Source: Octopus sinensis
Lineage: Eukaryota
Direction of reading: 5' to 3'
Assembly (NCBI RefSeq): GCF_006345805.1
Contig: NW_021823672.1
Location: forward strand, 1-21,652
DNA length: 21,652 bases
Of the stretch, positions 1-9,774 are shown piece by piece (position 1 is the first letter of the stretch; every line of letters begins with the position of its first letter). A program made the position numbers and the translations under genes. The notes beneath the pieces were generated by a model. That model saw nothing but the letters and a program-made list of their open reading frames with translations. It had not been told where the DNA came from and made no database searches.

Positions 1-801
1 AAAGTTCATTTTTGACACTTGATGCTTTGGGAACCAGACAAAGATTGCTTGTGCCGGCTGGGATGTCCGGAAAGTCGTGCCAATTTAGTAGGTTACCTTT
101 CGACTTATTTTAGAACATGGTTGAGTCCATAAAATAGGATTTGATTACACCTACATTTAGAGCACAGTTTAAGCTATCTTTTCGTGAGAAGGTTTATGTT
201 CCTATAACCTGTGTTAATTCTGTAACCCTTTTAAAATGGAAGATAAGAAAGTTCATTTTTGACACTTGATGCTTTGGGAACCAGACAAGATTGCTGTAGC
301 TCGGCTGGATGTCCGGAAAGTTCGTGCCAATTTATATAGTAGCCTTTCGACTTATTTTAGAACATGGTTGAGTCCATAAAAGGATTTTGACTACACCTCC
401 ATTTAGAGCACAGTTTAAGCTAACTTTTCGTGGAAGAAGGTTTATGTTCCTATAACCTGTGTTAATTCTGTAACCCTTTAAAATGGAAGATAAGAAAGTT
501 CATTTTTGACACTTGATGATTTGGGAACCAGACAAAAATTGCTGCAGCTCGGCTGGGATGTGTTACCCCACCCTCCATATTCACTAGATATTGCTCCTTC
601 GGATTTCCACTTATTTCTTATTTATATTAGGTTGTCCGGAAAGTTTGTGCCGATTGATAGTAGCTTGCCTTTTGACTTATTTTAGAACATGGTTGAGTCC
701 ATAAAATAGGATTTGACTACACTTCCATTTAGAGCACAGTTTAAGCTATCTTCTCGTGGAAGAAGGTTTATGTTCCTATAACCTGTGTTAATTCTGTAAC
801 C
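1..801 (+). mobile_element. Tandem array (~246-bp period) of an internally deleted mariner element
   Basis: The block (GT)CCGGAAAG...TTTTAGAACATGGTTGAGTCC...CTGTAACC recurs at ~67, ~313 and ~636. The third copy starts TA-TTAGGTTGTCCGGAAAG (625-643), resembling a mariner TIR. Units carry ATGGAAGATAAGAAAGTTCATTT (MEDKKVHF..HLM, mariner-like N-terminus) at 236 and 483. Confidence 0.8.
527..616 (+). pseudogene. Mariner transposase fragment containing the YSPDL-type motif
   Basis: Translates to TRQKLLQLGWDVLPHPPYSLDIAPSDFHLF, matching the conserved mariner motif HPPYSPDLAPSDYHLF. Confidence 0.9.
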
Positions 802-887
802 ATCTGAGTGACCTCCTACAGCCTTTCTAGTGTTCAGGGTATTGAGCAGCAGTCACGGTGCCGGCATTTTGATACCTGGCGAATCGT

Positions 888-1708
888 GGAGGCGCAATGG
901 CCCAGTGGTTAGGACAGCGGACTCGCGGTCGTAGGATCGCGATTTCGATTCCCAGACCGGGCGTTGTGAGTCTTTATTGAGCGAAAACACCTAAAAAAAG
1001 CTTCACGATGCTCCGGCAGGGGATGGTGGCAATCCCTGCTGTACTCTTTCACCACAACTTTCTCTCACTCTTTCTTCCTGTTTCTGTTGTACCTGTATTT
1101 CAAAGGGTAGAGGCGCAATGGTCCAGTGGTTAGGGCAGCGGACTCGCGGTCGTAGGATCGCGGTTTCGATTCCCAGACCGGGCGTTGTGAATGTTTATTT
1201 TAGCGAAACACCTAAAAGCTCCACGAGCTCCGGCATGGGATGGTGGTGATCCCTGCTGTATTCTTTCACCACAACTTTCTCTCACTCTTTCTTCCTGTTT
1301 CTGTTGTACCTGTATTTCAAAGGGTAGAGGCGCAATGGTCCAGTGGTTAGGGCAGCGGACTCGCGGTCGTAGGATCGCGGTTTCGATTCCCAGACCGGGC
1401 GTTGTGAGTGTTTATTGAGCGAAAGCACCTAAAAAGCTCCACGAGGCTCCGGCATGATCCCTGCTGTACTCTTTCACCACAACTTTCTCTCTCACTCTTA
1501 CTTCCTGTTTCTGTTGTACCTATATCTCAAAGGGCCGGCCTTGTCACTCTCTGTGTCACGCTGAATATCCCCGAGAACTACGTTAAGGGTACACGTGTCT
1601 GTGGAGTGCTCAGCCACTTACACGTTAATTTCACGAGCAGGCTGTTCCGTTGATTCGGATCAACCGGAACCCTCGTCGTCGTAACCGACGGAGTGCTTCC
1701 ATCCATCC
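888..1708 (+). mobile_element. tRNA-derived SINE (family O), trimeric: three heads and one 3' tail
   Basis: Head GAGGCGCAATGG(C/T)CCAGTGGTTAGG...GTTTCGATTCCC (A/B-box-like) at ~889, 1110 and 1327. Only the third unit continues into the 3' tail ending (CCAT)n. The 14-bp direct repeat ACCTGGCGAATCGT flanks the whole block (874-887, 1709-1722). Confidence 0.9.
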
Positions 1709-1765
1709 ACCTGGCGAATCGTCACGGTACAGATAACTCTCTCCCAATATACATACAGGTGGCTT

Positions 1766-1860
1766 CTACTCCTCCATGCTAGCTAACTTTTTCTCAACTA
1801 CATCTTTAATCTTGATGCTCTCCAACGCCGTTGACTGTTCGCCAATACGTAAAGTTGTTC
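1766..1860 (-). CDS. Possible terminal coding exon of an unidentified minus-strand host gene
   Basis: Strong minus-strand acceptor (TTTATGTCTCTTTTTTTCAG|G at 1861) followed by non-repetitive sequence open in one frame: xTTLRIGEQSTALESIKIKDVVEKKLASMEE*. No homology recognised. Confidence 0.25.
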
Positions 1861-1919
1861 CTGAAAAAAAGAGACATAAAAAATATAAATTTAGCCTGAA
1901 CATCCAGTATATATATATG

Positions 1920-2105
1920 TATATTTGTTTACTACCCACAAGGGGCTAAACACAGAGGGGACAAACAAGGACAGGCAAAGGGATTAAGTCGATTACATCG
2001 ACCCCAGTGCGTAACTGGTACTTTATTTATCGACCCCGAAAGGATGAAAGGCAAAGTCGACCTCGGCGGAATTTGAACTCAGAACGTAACGACAGACGAA
2101 ATACT
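1920..2105 (-). mobile_element. 5'-truncated SINE (family B) with 19-bp TSD
   Basis: Same sequence as 18513-18729 (CCCACAAGGGGCTAAACACAGAGGGGACAAACAAGG...GGAATTTGAACTC). Flanked by CATCCAGTATATATATATG at 1901-1919 and 2106-2124. Confidence 0.88.
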
Positions 2106-2234
2106 CATCCAGTATATATATGAGTGTGTGTGTGTGTGTGTGAGTGGCCAAACTAATAGGGGAGCAGGGGGTTAACATCGCTCCCCACCGAACTCATTTT
2201 TCGAAATTGGCGCCTTTTCAACACTTATTTTTGA

Positions 2235-2648
2235 CTCTTTACTCTTTTACTCTTTTACTTGTTTCAGTTATTTGACTGCGGCCATGCTGGAGCACCGCCT
2301 TTAATCGAGCAAATCGACCCCGGGACTTATTCTTTTTGTAAGCCCAGTACTTATTCCATCGGTCTCTTTTACCGAACCGCTAAGTGACGGGGACGTAAAC
2401 ACACCAGCATCGGTTGTCAAGCAATGCTAGGGGGACAAACACAGATACACAAACACACACACGCATATAATATATATACATACATACGACGGGCTTCTTT
2501 CAGTTTCCGTCTACCAAATCCACTCACAAGGCATTGGTCTGCCCGAGGCTATAGTAGAAGACACTTGCCCAAGGTGCCACGCAGTGGGACTGAACCCGGA
2601 ACCATATGGTTGATTAGCAAGCTACTTACCACACAGCCACTTCTGCGC
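2235..2648 (-). mobile_element. Full-length tRNA-derived SINE (family A)
   Basis: Reverse complement of the 5135-5541 copy: head GTGGCTGTGTGGTAAGTAGCTTG...GGTTCAGTCCC, internal (TA)/(TG) tract, tail (GTAAAAGA)n. Confidence 0.92.
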
Positions 2649-2708
2649 CTATAATTCACTCAGCTACTAAAAGTCGAATCTCATTTTTTTTGTTAATCAC
2701 CTGGCCTT

Positions 2709-2835
2709 GTGTGTGATGTGTGTGTGTGTGTGCATGTGTGTGCGTGTGTGCGTGCGTGTGCGTGTGTGTGTGTGCATGTGTGTGTGTGCATGTGTGTGTG
2801 TGTGCGTGCGTGTGCGTGGTGTGTGTGTGTGTCTG
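2709..2835. repeat. (TG)n/(TGCG) microsatellite
   Basis: Direct reading of the sequence. Confidence 0.95.
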
Positions 2836-2836
2836 C

Positions 2837-3177
2837 GCAGGCGTGGTTGTGTGGTAAGGAGGCTTTCTACCCAACCACATAATTCCGGGTTCAGTCCCAC
2901 GTACAAGTGCCATCTACTGTAGCCTCGGGTCGATCAAAAGCCTTGTGAGCGGATTTAGGAGACGGAAATTGAAAGAAGCCTGTCGTGTGTGTGTGTCCAC
3001 CACCACCATCGCTGGGCAACCGATGTTAGTGTGTTTACATCTCCGAAACGTAGCGGCTCAGCAAAGGAGCGACCGATAGAATAAGTACAGTAGTCGATAC
3101 ATTGAACCTAAAATTCTTCAACGCGGTGCTCCTGCTGAGCCGCAGTCTAATAAGTGAAACAAATAGAGGATAAAAGA
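2837..3177 (+). mobile_element. Diverged SINE (family A)
   Basis: Collinear with family A (TGTGTGGTAAG...CCGGGTTCAGTCCCAC...GACCGATAGAATAAGTAC...GCGGTGCTCC) with many substitutions and deletions. Confidence 0.85.
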
Positions 3178-3268
3178 TACATACATACATACACACACAT
3201 ACATACATACATACATACATACATACATACATACATACATACATACATACATACATACATACATACAT
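3178..3268. repeat. (ACAT)n microsatellite (continues at ~3823-3883)
   Basis: Direct reading; two arrays flank a ~555-bp non-simple sequence. Confidence 0.95.
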
Positions 3269-3822
3269 GGTGGCTGCCCCCTCGTTATCGAGTATGGCCA
3301 TTGTACGAAGCTTAATCAATGTTGTTATCGTGCAATGCCTGTGCAAGAAGATTTTTTTTTAAAGTGAGGAAAGGCTGTGCACTGAGTCAATCCCACTCAC
3401 TAAGCAACAGCAGCCATAATCCGAAAAGAAGAACAAGTCAACATCATCGGTAACCACTGAGCCGCATGTTTTATGTCGGAGTTATCCCAGTTACCTGAGT
3501 TACCTTCTCCTAGAAGGATGCCCTAACAAAGGCTAGGAGTCCTTCACTCCCAATGGTTTAACCGCGCGATCGGGTATTCAGTCCGATTGTTTCTATGTCC
3601 CCGCGCATGATAGAGCCCTGTGACATTTATTGGATGGCCGTTGACTCTCAAGAGTTACTCTGCCCTTTGAGGGTTTTGTTTTTCATCCCGCAGGGTGTCC
3701 AATAAACACCCTCCTCACCAAGCGAGCTTGGTGGGATTGCCGGTTTAGTCGCTGACGACCCGACCATGCAACAGGTTGTACTGGGTTACATGTTACCAGT
3801 AGCACTCGAAAGTGACTTGACA
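3269..3822. mobile_element. Non-autonomous retroelement-like insert (possibly RTE-related) embedded in (ACAT)n
   Basis: Balanced-GC, hairpin-rich ~555 bp bounded by (ACAT)n on both sides. The minus strand contains GGGCATCCTTCTAGGAGAAGGTAACTC, which resembles motifs I recall from RTE 5' UTRs (recollection, unverified). Confidence 0.45.
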
Positions 3823-3880
3823 TAACATACATACATACATACATACATACATACATACATACATACATACATACATACAT

Positions 3881-5122
3881 ACATGACAGAAGTTAATAGA
3901 CACCCTTATAATCATTAAAATTTAGTTAGATCTGAAATTATACATTCAAATTCTTTATCAATTGTTATGTGAACATTTAATGTTTAGTAGACATGCCGCT
4001 TGCATTTTTCAAAGCAAGGACCCTATTAGGCATGTTACTGATCAAATGACGAATATTCTCTTGGGGAATTTCTTGACCAAGTTTCATGCAGTAATCTCAA
4101 AAGATCTGGCTTTGAAGATACATTTTTTGTTCTTTTTAAGAAGTATCCTGTCCATTATGCCCCAGAGGTATTCAATAGAGTTCATAAGGTGACTGGATTG
4201 GCTATGGAAGTTTTTTAATGCCATTCTTTTCCAACCAATCTTGGGTCATTTTAGCCGTGTGACAAGGAGACTCATCATCCATAATTAAAAAGCCTTCTTT
4301 AATCATTTCACCACTGAAGAAGATTGGAAGGAGTCCTTTCAACAATATGGATAAATATTTATCTGAGTTTATGTTTCCCTCACACTCCACCAGCTCTGAT
4401 CAACCATTGCTCCAAATTGCTCCCCAGACCATCACAGAATAGCTGCCATGTTTCATTGTTGACGGCAATTTTTCACATCAAATTCTTGATCACGGAGTCT
4501 CCAGACCCCACACTTGACCACTGTCAGGAAATACAGCAAATCTGGACTCGTCAGAGAATATGACAGTGTCCCAAAATGCTAATGGCCTCTCCACCATCTC
4601 ACTGGCCCAATCTTTTCTTAGCTTGATGATGGCTGGTCGAATAAATGGCTTCCTTCTTGATGCTCTGCCATAGTAACCAAGTTTGTGGAGATACCTTACA
4701 GCTGTTCCGGGACTGGCATCAACTTGTTCTGCTATATCAGAGGCCTTGCAACGAGGATTACCCTCCACACTTCTCTTAGCAAAGAGAAGGGTCCTGTCAG
4801 AGGGCCCTGGTTGATCTGGACGAGGTGATGTGGACTCCTTCCCTTCTCAGGGGAATTGCACAATCACTCTAAAGACTGGAGAAAGCTGGATCCCGAGGTT
4901 TTCTGCGATTTTACGCTGTGACCACCTTCAGAATGACCCCAAATATGGCCTCTTTGAAATTCAGACAGTTCCAAGGCTTCTTTTGTACATGGCCTGATTA
5001 AACAGTCACATATAGAACCTGAAACATAAAATGTCAATTAATAAAAAATATAAACCACTACAAGTTAGAATAAGCATAAAACGATGTTTTATAGGCCGTC
5101 TATTTACTTCTGTCACGTCTGT
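3881..5122 (-). mobile_element. Tc1-like DNA transposon
   Basis: Imperfect TIRs ACATGACAGAAGTTAATAGAC (3881-3901) and GTCTATTTACTTCTGTCACGT (5098-5118) enclose a transposase remnant. Confidence 0.88.
3977..4990 (-). pseudogene. Tc1-family DD34E transposase, interrupted as assembled
   Basis: Fragments in order: ELSEFQRGHI (N-terminal HTH), YLHKLGYYGRASRRKPFI, WDTVIFSDESRF (first D), FLIMDDESPCH (second D), KLP*PIQSP..NSIEYLW (E), ending MPNRVLALKNASGMSTKH*. Several frameshifts and a TAG where W is expected. Confidence 0.92.
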
Positions 5123-5134
5123 GTATGTATATGC

Positions 5135-5541
5135 GCAGGAGTGGCTGTGTGGTAAGTAGCTTGCTTACCAACCACATGGTTCCGGGTTCAGTCCCACTGC
5201 ATGGCACCTTGGGCAAGTGTCTTCCACTATAGCCTCGGGCCGACCAAAGCCTTGTGAGAGGATTTGGTAGACGGAAACTGAAAGAAGCCTGTCGTATATA
5301 TATATATATATATATGTGTATGTGTGTGTGTGTGTTTGCGTCTGTGTTTGTCCTCCCAACATCGCTTGACAACCGATGCTGGTGTGTTTACGTCCCCGTC
5401 AATTAGCGGTTCGGTAAAAGTGACCGATAGAATAAGTACTAGGCTTACAAAGAATAAGTCCTGGGGTCGAATTGCTCGACTAAAGGCGGTGCTCCAGCAT
5501 GGCCGCAGTCAAATGACTGAACCAAGTAAAAGAAAAAAGAG
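5135..5541 (+). mobile_element. Full-length SINE (family A)
   Basis: GCAGGAGTGGCTGTGTGGTAAG head, CCTTGGGCAAGTG, internal (TA)n(TG)n, 3' GGCGGTGCTCCAGCATGGCCGCAGTCAAATGACTGA...AAGTAAAAGA. Confidence 0.93.
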
Positions 5542-5585
<44 letters not shown>

Positions 5586-5699
5586 TATATATAGTCATAC
5601 ATTGAAAATTGTGCATGTAGGTATATGTGTATGTATGTGCACACACACACACATATACACACGTACATATACGTATATACCTAGCACGCACGCGCATAC

Positions 5700-5880
5700 G
5701 GTTGGCTGCTTCTCCATCGATCTCGGCAATAACGATCAGGTTGTTCGATCAAGCGGATCACCTACTTACTGAATTAAACACGTCTAAGTAGCAGTCTTTT
5801 CCACGTACCCGTGTACCCTTAACGTGATTCTCAGACAGGATCAGCGTGACACAGTGTATGGATGGGACAAGACTGTAGCT
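5700..5880 (-). mobile_element. Old SINE fragment sharing its 3' domain with family O
   Basis: Reverse complement reads CTGTGTCACGCTGA...GAGAATCACGTTAAGGGTACACGGGT, matching CTGTGTCACGCTGA...GAGAACTACGTTAAGGGTACACGTGT at ~1551-1599. Confidence 0.7.
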
Positions 5881-6063
5881 TTCGAATGACGGGAAGAATT
5901 CACCCGAGGGTGTGTCTATACAGTTGCCGTATCCCAACGTTCACACATATATGCATATCTTATATACGCATATCTTATATGTGATATATATATATAATAT
6001 ATAATTATATATATATTATATATATTATATATTAGTCTTAATAATAATAATAATAATTAATAA

Positions 6064-6451
6064 TGTGTGGTAAGTAGCTTGCTAACCAACCACATGGTTC
6101 CAGGTTCAGTCCCACTGCGTGGTACCTTGGGCAAGTGTCTTCTACTGTAGCCTCAGGCCGACCAAAGCCTTGTGAGTGGATTTGGTAGACGGAAACTGAA
6201 AGAAGCCTGTCGTATATATGTATATATATATATATATACATGTATGTGTTTGTGTGTCTGTGTTTGTCTCCCTAGTATTGCTTGACATCCGATGCTGGTG
6301 TGTTTATGTCCCCGTTACTTAGCGGTTCGGCAAAAGAGACCGATAGAATAAGTACTGGGCTTACAAAAGAATAAGTCCCGGGGTCGAGTTGCTCGATTAA
6401 AGGCGGTGCTCCAGCATGGCCGCAGTCAAATGACTGAAACAAGTAAAAGAG
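6064..6451 (+). mobile_element. SINE (family A), slightly 5'-clipped
   Basis: High identity to 5135-5541 across the whole length. Confidence 0.92.
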
Positions 6452-6483
<32 letters not shown>

Positions 6484-6487
6484 TCTT

Positions 6488-6500
6488 AATAATAATAATG

Positions 6501-6540
<40 letters not shown>
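6488..6540. repeat. (AAT)n microsatellite
   Basis: Direct reading. Confidence 0.95.
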
Positions 6541-7145
6541 GTGGCTAGCAAGCATAAAAGCCAAAAAGGTAGCTTTATAAATTTATAATTAAGGGTACAA
6601 GATATGGCTTATTTGAGTATTATTCGACTCTTATTTCTTTCTCCCATTTATAAAAAACAAAAGATCTTGAGTATTTTGAGAAAGAAAATATTTTGAAAAA
6701 TCAATCATCAATATCAGGAGTGACAACGGAAAGGTCTGCTTCAAGGCAGACAGCAAAACACTATTATTTAAAAGGGACAGACGAACTTGCGTGCTGAATA
6801 AAAATAAAAAAATATTGGAAACCAAAGTTTGAAGGGATAGAATCTCTGGATATTTTCTTTCCCAATCAATTTCTCACCTCAAGTTATCCCCTCCTGTAAA
6901 TTTTAATCCCCTTCCAGCTCCATTTAGACACCTTTTTACGTAAAAATTCAATTTGTATCAATGTTCGCCTTCTACATTTTATAGATTAGATAATGTAGGG
7001 GACAGATAACGTGTCACTCTATGCAAAGTGCCAAAGCCGGCATCTTCTGATGGTCCGTTTTAAGGTATATTTTCTAAAAACTACCATCCGATGTTACGGC
7101 TTATTTCCTCGCTACTTAGGGTCTAAAACCACAATATGATAATAT

Positions 7146-7247
7146 GGAGAACGAAGAATTTGAACATTCAAACTTGATGCTTCGTTTCGGACAATTGTTA
7201 TGAAGAAACCAAGCATAAAGTCTGAAAGTTCAAATTCTTCATTTTCC
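7146..7247. other. ~43-bp imperfect stem-loop (candidate pri-miRNA or decayed palindrome)
   Basis: Arms 7153-7188 and 7205-7240 pair at 32/36 positions with a 16-nt loop; pairing extends 6 bp further after one mismatch. Confidence 0.6.
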
Positions 7248-7620
7248 TTTTTTTTTTCGTGCGCGCGTGTGTGTTTATATATCTTTTTTTTTTTTACGTC
7301 CTGTTTGTGTTCTTACCCGTTTTACCCAGCTGCTTGGAATTTTATTTTAATTCTCTCGCAGGAAGGCTTAGTTGACGATGTGTCCTGTCTTGCCTTCGAA
7401 ACACGCTCGAGTTAACTAGCGACAGCTGATGACGGTGGATTTTTCCTTGTGTAGCATGTCCTGTACTTGTTTTCTTGTTGTAAATTTTTGTTTTTTCCGT
7501 TTCTATATCTTGTTGTGGTGTCCTGTACTCACGTATATTTATTTATATATGCATGTATATATACATGTAAATGTAGGTACGTACATATATGTTTGTATGT
7601 ATGCATATATTTTTATTTAT

Positions 7621-7680
<60 letters not shown>

Positions 7681-7710
7681 TATATATATATATATATATA
7701 TAATATATAT

Positions 7711-7915
7711 TAGACTGCGGCCATGCTGGAGCGCCGGCTTGAAGGATTTTAGTCGAGCAATCGACCTAAGTATTTATTATTTTCTTAATCCCGCTACTTT
7801 ATTCTACCGATCACTTTTTGCCGAGCCGCTAGCTGACGCGGACGTAAACAAACCAGCACCGGGCATCAAGCAGGACAAGCACAAAGAAACCCCACACAGA
7901 CACACAGACACACAC
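7711..7915 (-). mobile_element. 3' half of SINE (family A), diverged
   Basis: GACTGCGGCCATGCTGGAGCGCC...TATTCTACCGATC...GACGTAAACAAACCAGCA is the reverse complement of the family A 3' region. Confidence 0.85.
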
Positions 7916-7949
7916 ACATATATACATATATATATATATATGTATATAT

Positions 7950-7980
<31 letters not shown>

Positions 7981-7986
7981 GTATAT

Positions 7987-8020
<34 letters not shown>

Positions 8021-8204
8021 ATTATATTATATATATTATATATATTATATACATACTATACAAAATATTCCACGTAAACCGAAGTTTCTACCTTTAAAAA
8101 CAAGGAGTTAATTCCTTTTTACTTGTGTGATTTTTTTCCTACCCTGGTAACTTTTTATCTATTTTTTCCGAGTTAATTAACAATTAACAGGGGGAAAATA
8201 CACA

Positions 8205-8365
8205 CAGGAGTGGCTGTGTGGTAAGTAGCTTGTCTACCAACCACATGGTCCCGGGTTCAGTCCCACTGCGTGGCACCTTGGGCAAGTGTCTTCTACTATA
8301 GCCTCGGGCCGACCAAAGCCTTGTGAGTAGATTTGGTAGACGGAAACTGAAAGAAGCCCGTCGTA

Positions 8366-8398
<33 letters not shown>
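8205..8398 (+). mobile_element. 5' half of SINE (family A) ending in (TA)n
   Basis: Near-identical to the family A head through GAAAGAAGCCCGTCG plus (TA)n. Confidence 0.92.
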
Positions 8399-8500
8399 TT
8401 AATCAATATAGGGTGGCAAGGAAAATTTTGTAGAATTTTATTGCCACCAGCGGCCCAGCGGGAAAAAATTAAATAGTCATAGACCATTTTTAAGTTCAAC

Positions 8501-8712
8501 ATTAACAATTAAGGAACGGCCATAATAGGCCATTCACCCACTAGAAATAACAGCCAAAGCTTCTACCGCAAATAAAGATTAATCTGTAAACAGGAGAAAA
8601 TTAAAAATGTTTTTTTAATTTTTCCTGTTTTGGAATTAATCTTTATTTGCGGTAGAAGCTTTGGCTGTTATTTCTAGTGGGTGAATGGCCTATTATGGCC
8701 GTTCCTTAATTG

Positions 8713-8717
<5 letters not shown>
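8501..8717. mobile_element. Palindromic MITE-like element (83-bp perfect inverted arms)
   Basis: 8501-8583 is the exact reverse complement of 8635-8717; the 51-bp interior also largely self-pairs (AAACAGGAGAAAATTAAAAA / TTTTTAATTTTTCCTGTTT). Confidence 0.85.
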
Positions 8718-8746
<29 letters not shown>

Positions 8747-8747
<1 letters not shown>

Positions 8748-8830
8748 GAAAAATAAGTCCTGGGGTCGATTTCTGGTGCTGCACCATGGCCAGAGTGAAA
8801 TGACTGAAACAAGTAAAAGAGTGAAAAAGT
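8747..8830 (+). mobile_element. 3' end of SINE (family A)
   Basis: AATAAGTCCTGGGGTCGATTT...TGGTGCTGCACCATGGCC...AATGACTGAAACAAGTAAAAGAG. Confidence 0.8.
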
Positions 8831-9164
8831 ATGTATATAGAGAGAGACGGATATGTATGTTTATTTGTCCATCTATATATCCTCTTAGAGAATTAAGAAA
8901 AATTATACAAATGTGTCCGACTGATTAAATAAATTCCATTTGTTTATTTATGCAGCTGAGGATAGCCCTGCATTTAAATTGATGTAATGATTGCATTGTT
9001 CAATTAAATGGAGTCCCTTGAAACGGTCGTACTGTATCTCCTCTGGATATTCTGTGGCTTATTTTGATTATACATGTATATATGTGTGTGTATTACTTTC
9101 TAAAAATAGAAACAAGGTTCTTATACAAATATACATACGTACATACGTTCATAGATATACACCA

Positions 9165-9320
9165 CATACATACATACATACATACAGGCATGTATGTATG
9201 TGTATGTGTGTGTAGGAAGGTATTTATTTACATATATGTATGTATGCCGTTATTTATATACGTATCTATGTATGCATGTATTCGTATATATGTACTTAAA
9301 CGTTTATATATATGTATGTG

Positions 9321-9355
<35 letters not shown>

Positions 9356-9595
9356 ATGTATCTATGTATCTGTACGTATGTATCTATATGTATGTATGCA
9401 TCTATATATATGTATCTATGTATCTGTATGTATGTATGTAATGTATCTATATATGTATCTGTATCTATATATGTATGTATCTGTATCTATGTATGTATCT
9501 ATATGTATGTATGTATCTATGTATCTATGTATGTATGTATATAAATATATGTATCTATCTATCTATGTATGTATCTATATATCTGTATGTCTGTA
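9165..9595. repeat. Compound (CATA)/(TATG)/(TATC)/(TG) microsatellite
   Basis: Direct reading. Confidence 0.9.
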
Positions 9596-9774
9596 CACAA
9601 GTGCGTGTTTATTGTTTTGCGATTTTCTGTTTCTGTTCGGAAAACAATCACAATTCTAATTTCATCATCATCATCATCATCATCATCATTGTTTTTTTTT
9701 TGTTGTTATTGTTTCTTACTGATTTTTTTGTTTTTATTTAAATGTTGCTTTTTGTCGCGGCTGTTTTTTTTTTA

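Noticed and set aside
888-960. tRNA-like sequences with A/B boxes (also in family A heads)
   Set aside because: They are SINE heads: no complete cloverleaf or acceptor stem, and each is followed by SINE body and tail.
1-1530. Regular ~220-250-bp periodicity resembling a CRISPR or RNA-gene array
   Set aside because: Whole units are repeated with no unique spacers; they are explained by mariner and SINE tandem copies in a eukaryotic context.
6960-7075. Plus-strand AG...AAG|GTATAT candidate exon
   Set aside because: The best acceptor gives stops in all three frames; the open version needs a poor acceptor and has no recognisable homology.
7385-7440. GAAAC...CTGATGA hammerhead-like words; also CTGACGA...CGAAA at 3752-3811
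   Set aside because: Stems I and II do not form, and the purine required after CUGANGA is missing in both.
8177-8512. TTAACAATTAA repeated at ~8177 and 8502 as a possible TSD
   Set aside because: Very AT-rich 11-mer, and the enclosed segment has no coherent element boundaries.
8930-9040. Minus-strand peptide YPEEIQYDRFKG resembling the cytochrome P450 PERF region
   Set aside because: No FxxGxxxCxG heme motif follows, the frame stops soon after, and the acceptor is weak.
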